The notes under the pieces are model-generated. The model was given only the letters and a program-made list of their open reading frames with translations. It made no database searches and was not told the DNA's origin. Below, in pieces: positions 59,501 to 64,000 of a stretch of 64,000 nt of DNA. Source of the stretch: Dehalococcoidia bacterium. GTDB lineage: Bacteria > Chloroflexota > Dehalococcoidia > UBA6926. The number at the start of each line of letters is the position of its first letter. The first letter of the stretch is position 1. A program made the translations under genes and the position numbers. Location of the stretch: assembly GCA_963666115.2 (NCBI GenBank), contig CAXXET010000004.1, forward strand, positions 205,247 to 269,246. Reading direction: 5' to 3'.

Positions 59501-59764
59501 GGTGGGCGCCAAGCCGCTGTCGGTCAGCCTGAAGTTCCGCCCCTCCGTCCGGCCGGGGTCCACGTCTTCGATGGACGTGGGATCGCCGAAGAGGAATCGC
59601 GTTTGGCCGACGTTGGCGAGCAGGTCAGCCAGCAATTCATAGCCGTAGATGCTGAAGTAGGCGGAGACGACGTCAAAGTTCGCCGCCGCGTCAAGATGGG
59701 TTCGCAGGCGATCCACCACGCGGCGGTCGGGGGTGTTATCCAGCAGGTAGTTGGGGTTGGACAC
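56516..59764 (-). CDS. PLD-family nuclease domain fused to an SNF2-family helicase
   Basis: 1082 aa. It has a single HKD motif [20 protein letters not shown] (His121), then SNF2 motifs ADSVGLGKT and [11 protein letters not shown], and helicase-C ...[36 protein letters not shown]. It lies 6 nt upstream of the methyltransferase gene. Confidence 0.85.
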   Translation of the reverse strand: [1082 protein letters not shown]

Positions 59765-59793
59765 GCTTTGGGTTCCTCTTGCGCCGGAGAGGG

Positions 59794-60873
59794 TTACTCA
59801 AGCCAGTTTAGCAGGCGGGTTTGGGGCCAATCTATTGTGATTTGGGTGGTTGTGTTTGGGTGGGGGCGTGTGGTGGCGGTTGTGATGGGGGCGCGGGCGT
59901 GGAGGGTTTCGCCTTGGACGTCCAGCGTTACGTCGTACATGCCGCCCTGGAGGGTTACTTCGACGATTGTTGCCGATAGCGCGGGGGGGTCATCGTTGGC
60001 GGCGGTGTGGGTGTCGGGCTGGTGGAGGGTTGCGGCCTCCGGGGGGATTAGGGCTGTGCATTGGGGGGTGGCGGGGATTTCTGCGGGGCGCCAGACGCCA
60101 AGGGCGCAGCGGGCTTCGTTCGTGCCGTCCTCGCGGGTTGAGAGTTCGCAGGGGAAGAGGTTTTCGTGGCCGAGGAATCTTGCGACGAAGGGGGTGGCGG
60201 GGTTGAGCCAGACTTCTTCCGGGGGGCCGTGCTGGACGGCTTTGCCTTGCTCCAAGACGAGGATGTCGTCGGCGACGGCGAATGCTTCATCGTGGTCGTG
60301 GGTGACGTAGATGAGGGTCACGCCCTCGTGGTCGCGGATATGGCGGACCTCCTGCGCCAGCTCCTCGCGGAGGCGGCGGTCTAGCGCGCCGAGCGGCTCA
60401 TCGAGCATCAGGAGGCGGGGACGGGGGGCCAAGGAGCGGGCAAGGGCGACGCGCTGCTGCTCACCGCCAGAAATGGCATCGACGGAGCGGCCGGCAAGCG
60501 GCGCAATTCGCATCAGTTCCAGCAGCTCATCGACGCGTCGTTCGATTTGCCCGGCCTCCCATCGTTGGCTGCGCAGGCCGAACGCGATGTTGTCGCGGAC
60601 GTTGAGGTGCGGGAAGAGGGCGAGGTCCTGGTGCATGAGGCCGAAGCCGCGGCGATGAGGCGGGATGCCGTTCAGCGATTCGCCGTTCATGGCGGCCTCC
60701 CCGCCGTCAGGGGTTTCAAGCCCGGCGATGAGGCGGAGGAGGGTGCTTTTGCCGCAGCCGCTGGGGCCGAGGACTGCGAGAGATTTGCCTTCGTCCAGGT
60801 TGAAGGAGACATCCGCCAGGGCGAGAGAGGCGCCGGCGTCATAACTCTTGGTGAGGGCGGTTATTTGCAGCAC
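59794..60873 (-). CDS. thiQ: ABC importer ATP-binding protein (FbpC/PotA/ThiQ-like, with a C-terminal regulatory domain)
   Basis: Walker A GPSGCGKST, LSGGEQQRVALAR and LMLDEPLGALD are present. The symbol rests only on the TPP riboswitch that heads the operon. Confidence 0.8.
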   Translation of the reverse strand: MLQITALTKSYDAGASLALADVSFNLDEGKSLAVLGPSGCGKSTLLRLIAGLETPDGGEAAMNGESLNGIPPHRRGFGLMHQDLALFPHLNVRDNIAFGLRSQRWEAGQIERRVDELLELMRIAPLAGRSVDAISGGEQQRVALARSLAPRPRLLMLDEPLGALDRRLREELAQEVRHIRDHEGVTLIYVTHDHDEAFAVADDILVLEQGKAVQHGPPEEVWLNPATPFVARFLGHENLFPCELSTREDGTNEARCALGVWRPAEIPATPQCTALIPPEAATLHQPDTHTAANDDPPALSATIVEVTLQGGMYDVTLDVQGETLHARAPITTATTRPHPNTTTQITIDWPQTRLLNWLE

Positions 60874-60909
60874 GTGGGCTCCTGGTAATGAGTTTTTGGA
60901 TTCTTCGCT

Positions 60910-60946
60910 GCGCTCAGAATGACATGTGGGGCGCTCAGAATGACAT
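60910..60946. repeat. Two direct copies of gcgctcagaatgacat (period 21 nt)
   Basis: The copies are at 60910..60925 and 60931..60946, in the 77-nt spacer between the ABC ATPase and permease genes. They are related to the ..cgctcagggtgaca.. arm of family A. Confidence 0.7.
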
Positions 60947-60950
60947 TTCT

Positions 60951-62615
60951 CTAGAACTCTCCCCAGCCTCGGTAGCGGGCGCGCTCGATTAGGAAGAATC
61001 CGGCGCCGGCGACCACCATCAGCACTGTGCTCATGGCGAGGGCGCTGGCGAGATTGGCCGCTCCCGGACGCGTCAGGTAATTCAGGATGGCGACGGGCAT
61101 GGTGGTGTATTCGGGGCGATTCAGGAGGAGGGTCGCGCCGAACTCGCCGAGGGAGACGGCGAAGGCGAAGACGCTTGCGACGAGGATGGCGCGGGACAGG
61201 ATGGGGAGGTCAACGCGGGCGGCGGCGGCGAGAGGGCTTGCGCCAAGCATCCACGCGGCCTCACGCAGATGGGGGCGGATGGCTCGCATCGTCGACAACA
61301 CCACCCGTATGACGAACGGGTACGCGATGAGGGTGTGGGCGAGGATGATGGGGACGACCGTGGTTCGCACGTCGAACGCGCCGATCCTCAGGCTGAGCAG
61401 GTAGCCGAGGCCGAGCGTGACGGCGGAGACGCCGAGCGGCAGCATGTACAGGGCGTCCAGCGGGTTGCGCCACCACGCGCGGGGGTTTCTCAAGCCGTAC
61501 GCGGCAAGGACGCCGAGCGGGACGGCGAGAACGACGGTCACGGCGGCAAACGCAAGCGAGTTCCTTATAGCGTTGACCGGCGAGATGTAGAAATACTCGT
61601 TGCGGTCGTTGGACATGATGGCCGTGTAGCCGTCCAGCCCAAGCCCGTCCGGCGTGATGAATGAGCGCAGGAGCAGGGCGAGCGGCGGCGACAGGACGAG
61701 GAACACGGAGGCCAGCGCGCCAAGCCGGATGATGTAGTCCGCCGGGGAACGGCTCGCGGACGCAGTTGCGCCCTGGGCGCGGAGTCGAATGCGGGTCACA
61801 GCCGCCGACTGGAGCTTGACGTACGCCCACAACATGCCGAACGTCGCAATGAGTTGGGTGAGGGCGAGGGCGGCGGCAATGTGGGGCCTGAACAGCTTTG
61901 TCATGAGTGTGTAGATTTCCACTTCCAGCGTTGCGTGCTCAGGCGCGCCGAGGATCAGGATGATACCAAAGCTCGTGAAGGTGAACAGGAAGATGAGCGC
62001 GGATGCGGCCGCCACCGCAGGCAGCAAAAGCGGCAGTGTCACGGTGAAAAAAACGCGGCGGGGCGACGCGCCCAACATGGCGGCGGCCTCCTGCACCGCC
62101 GGATCCATGTTCGCCCAGAACGTGGAGAGGAGGCGCACGACGATGGCGTACTCATAGACCACGTGGGCGATGAGGATAATCGCGAACGTGTTAAGGAGGT
62201 TGACGGGAGGCGCGTCGAATCCGAACAGGCCCGTCAGCGCGTCGTTGAGCAGGCCCGACGGGCCGAGGAGGGAGAGCAAACCAAGCGCCATGACGATGGG
62301 GGGGAGGATGAACGGAATGGTGATCGCGGCAAGGAGCGCGCTCCGGCCCCGGAACCGGTGGCGCGCGAAGACGTAGGCGGACGGCAGGCCGAAAGCGAGA
62401 GCGAGGACGGTCGATAGAGCCGCCTGCCCTACCGTAAAGGCGAAGCGGCCCCGGAGGTAGGGATCGCTCGCGGCGTCGACGAACGGCGCGAGTATGCCCT
62501 GCCCGTCCCACCCGAGGCCGACACGCATGACGCTGACAAGCGGCCACGCGAACGCCACCAGCAGGAATCCCAGGGGCAGGCCAATCCGCGCAATGCGCCA
62601 CACGCCCGCCATCAT
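60951..62615 (-). CDS. thiP: Two-domain ABC importer permease (ThiP/FbpB-like)
   Basis: About 555 aa with a duplicated MalFG-type permease domain. The start is taken at MMAGVW (62615); the ORF is open to 62648 and overlaps the binding-protein gene. Confidence 0.8.
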   Translation of the reverse strand: MMAGVWRIARIGLPLGFLLVAFAWPLVSVMRVGLGWDGQGILAPFVDAASDPYLRGRFAFTVGQAALSTVLALAFGLPSAYVFARHRFRGRSALLAAITIPFILPPIVMALGLLSLLGPSGLLNDALTGLFGFDAPPVNLLNTFAIILIAHVVYEYAIVVRLLSTFWANMDPAVQEAAAMLGASPRRVFFTVTLPLLLPAVAAASALIFLFTFTSFGIILILGAPEHATLEVEIYTLMTKLFRPHIAAALALTQLIATFGMLWAYVKLQSAAVTRIRLRAQGATASASRSPADYIIRLGALASVFLVLSPPLALLLRSFITPDGLGLDGYTAIMSNDRNEYFYISPVNAIRNSLAFAAVTVVLAVPLGVLAAYGLRNPRAWWRNPLDALYMLPLGVSAVTLGLGYLLSLRIGAFDVRTTVVPIILAHTLIAYPFVIRVVLSTMRAIRPHLREAAWMLGASPLAAAARVDLPILSRAILVASVFAFAVSLGEFGATLLLNRPEYTTMPVAILNYLTRPGAANLASALAMSTVLMVVAGAGFFLIERARYRGWGEF

Positions 62616-62623
62616 GTGGCCGC

Positions 62624-63691
62624 CTATCCGCGCATTAGCGCAGTCCATTCATCGATCCAGCGTTCACGCCCCTCCGCAATCGTCCTTGGGCTAAGCTGCG
62701 CCGGGTCATCGGGGATAGGAGCGAAGTCGAATACGTCCGGCAATTCCGCCTGCTCGTTCACCGGATAGACCCACATCAGGGTGGGAAAGTGCTCCTGGAA
62801 CCGGCGGTCCATCATGAAGTCCACGAATTGCTGCGCGAGCTCCTCGTTGCGGACGCCCTCCAGGATGCCGATGCCCTCGATCTGCATGAACGCGGAGTTG
62901 TCGCCCAACACGTTGGCCGTTGGCGGCTCCGTCAGCGCGCCCTCCGAGTAAAACACCTCTGCCGCCGGGCTGCTCGTATAGCTGACGACGATGGGACGGT
63001 CGCCCTCATACAACGAAAAGGCCGTGTAATAGGCATCCGTCCATCCGTCCGTGACGAGAACCTCGTTGTCATGCAGGTCCGTCCAGTAGTCCTGCCACGT
63101 ATAGTCCCCGTCCTCGCCAAATGCGGCGACAGTCGCAAGCAGGAACGCAAGGCCGGGCGATGACGTGGCGGGATTCTGCACGACGGTCAGGCCACTGTAG
63201 GTTTCCTCGGTCAGGGAGCCCAAATCCGTTGGCGGGGCGACGCCGTTCTCCTCGAACCACGCGATGTCGTAGTTCAGGGCGACGAAGCCAAAGTCGACGG
63301 GCATGACGTGGTTGGAGGAGTCAAGACGGTATTTGCCGGGCACCTTTTCAAGCATCGGCGACTCATACTCGATGAATATCTCCTCGTCCAACGCCCTGCC
63401 AAGGAATGTGTTGTCGATGCCGTAGAGCAGGTCCGCAATCGGCGCGTCCTTGGCCAGGATGGCCTTGGTGAGGGCCTCGCCGGCATCGCCGGACTTGAGG
63501 ATTGTGATTGTGGCGTCATGCTCAGCTTCGAACTCCGCGATGACATCTTCACCGACATTGAAGCTGTCGTGCGACATTATGATCAGGTCACGCGGCGGCG
63601 GTTCCGTGTTGATGCTGACATTGAAGTTGTCACAGGCCGCGGCCGCCGCCGCCAGCATGATGATGAGTGCGATTGCCATTACACGATCCAT
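62624..63691 (-). CDS. thiB: Thiamine/iron-type ABC substrate-binding lipoprotein
   Basis: It has a signal peptide with the lipobox AAAAC and a periplasmic binding-protein fold pattern. It is immediately preceded by a TPP riboswitch. Confidence 0.8.
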   Translation of the reverse strand: MDRVMAIALIIMLAAAAAACDNFNVSINTEPPPRDLIIMSHDSFNVGEDVIAEFEAEHDATITILKSGDAGEALTKAILAKDAPIADLLYGIDNTFLGRALDEEIFIEYESPMLEKVPGKYRLDSSNHVMPVDFGFVALNYDIAWFEENGVAPPTDLGSLTEETYSGLTVVQNPATSSPGLAFLLATVAAFGEDGDYTWQDYWTDLHDNEVLVTDGWTDAYYTAFSLYEGDRPIVVSYTSSPAAEVFYSEGALTEPPTANVLGDNSAFMQIEGIGILEGVRNEELAQQFVDFMMDRRFQEHFPTLMWVYPVNEQAELPDVFDFAPIPDDPAQLSPRTIAEGRERWIDEWTALMRG

Positions 63692-63712
63692 GATTTGCCC
63701 TCCATGACCCTC

Positions 63713-63747
63713 ATCAAAAAAACAAAGCCGCTGAACATGTCAGCGGC
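63713..63747 (-). terminator. Intrinsic terminator / riboswitch expression platform
   Basis: On the minus strand, the hairpin GCCGCUGACAUGUUCAGCGGC (63727..63747) is followed by UUUGUUUUUUU. It lies between the aptamer and the SD/ATG of the binding-protein gene. Confidence 0.75.
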
Positions 63748-63789
63748 GCTCATTGCAATCCGGAAACGCCGGGGCGTTTCCGCAGCCTC

Positions 63790-63875
63790 TTCCCTCCGCT
63801 GGCATTACCCAGCTCAGGTTCCGACGGTCGCCCCGATTCATGTGTCGGGGCCTCTCAGCCGGGCTCACCCAGCTC
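63790..63875 (-). promoter_or_regulatory. TPP (THI-box) riboswitch aptamer
   Basis: The minus strand reads GGGUGAGCCCGGCUGAGAGGCCCCGACACAUGAAUCGGGGCGACCGUCGGAACCUGAGCUGGGUAAUGCCAGCGGAGGGAAG. It contains the conserved CUGAGA and ACCUGA..CUGG.UAAUGCCAGCG blocks. Confidence 0.85.
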
Positions 63876-64000
63876 CCGCAAGACCCTATTCAGTTGTTAC
63901 TGGCGACCAGTTTACCTGCCAAGGCGCGCACTGTCCATCAACCCTGACGCGCCATTCGTTCGCCAAATCGTTAGAATATGTCGCAATGGACGGAACGCGC

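Noticed and set aside
60910-60946. CRISPR array.
   Set aside because: There are only two 16-nt direct repeats with a 5-nt spacer. No other regularly spaced repeats and no cas genes occur anywhere in the window.

Overview
This is a 64-kb, high-GC bacterial chromosomal segment. The taxon cannot be fixed from here; the gene content and the interspersed repeat families look Chloroflexota-like, which is inference only. About 55 protein genes, one tRNA-Gly(TCC) and one TPP riboswitch can be supported. Most of the window is housekeeping or metabolic. It holds cell-envelope precursor genes (glmU, uppP, glmS), metF, apt, trehalose genes (otsA, otsB) and an Ada-type alkylation-repair regulator. It also holds four tandem crotonase-fold paralogs plus a fifth crotonase with a thiolase/DUF35 pair, three MFS transporters, an MscS channel, a Kef-type antiporter, a MoxR-DUF58-transglutaminase operon and thiamine pyrophosphokinase. 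Two ABC systems are present: one has two ATPases and two >1000-aa FtsX-type permeases, and one is a TPP-riboswitch-controlled thiamine-type importer. Three accessory patches stand out. (1) At 0.1-1.4 kb there is an antitoxin-PIN-antitoxin cassette. (2) At 5.2-8.4 kb there is an AT-richer patch with an intact orphan PD-(D/E)xK-like protein next to a DNA methyltransferase/Mrr-nuclease fusion broken by two 1-nt frameshifts. (3) At 50.1-59.8 kb there is a defence-type island lying between thiamine pyrophosphokinase and the thiamine transporter. It carries small TA-like ORFs, an Rx4H HEPN protein, a DUF3800 protein and a tightly coupled PLD-nuclease/SNF2-helicase plus Eco57I-type N6-adenine methyltransferase pair. 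That pair resembles only half of known multi-gene modification-based defence systems. The most unusual single observation is an Ogt/MGMT gene whose catalytic Cys codon is an in-frame TGA, with the downstream motif intact and a GC hairpin 11 nt downstream. This is either a candidate selenocysteine or a very recent nonsense mutation. At least four families of short palindromic or mosaic repeats pepper the intergenic regions and even supply the C-terminal codons of some genes. Many long ORFs in the six-frame track are antisense artefacts of the high GC content.
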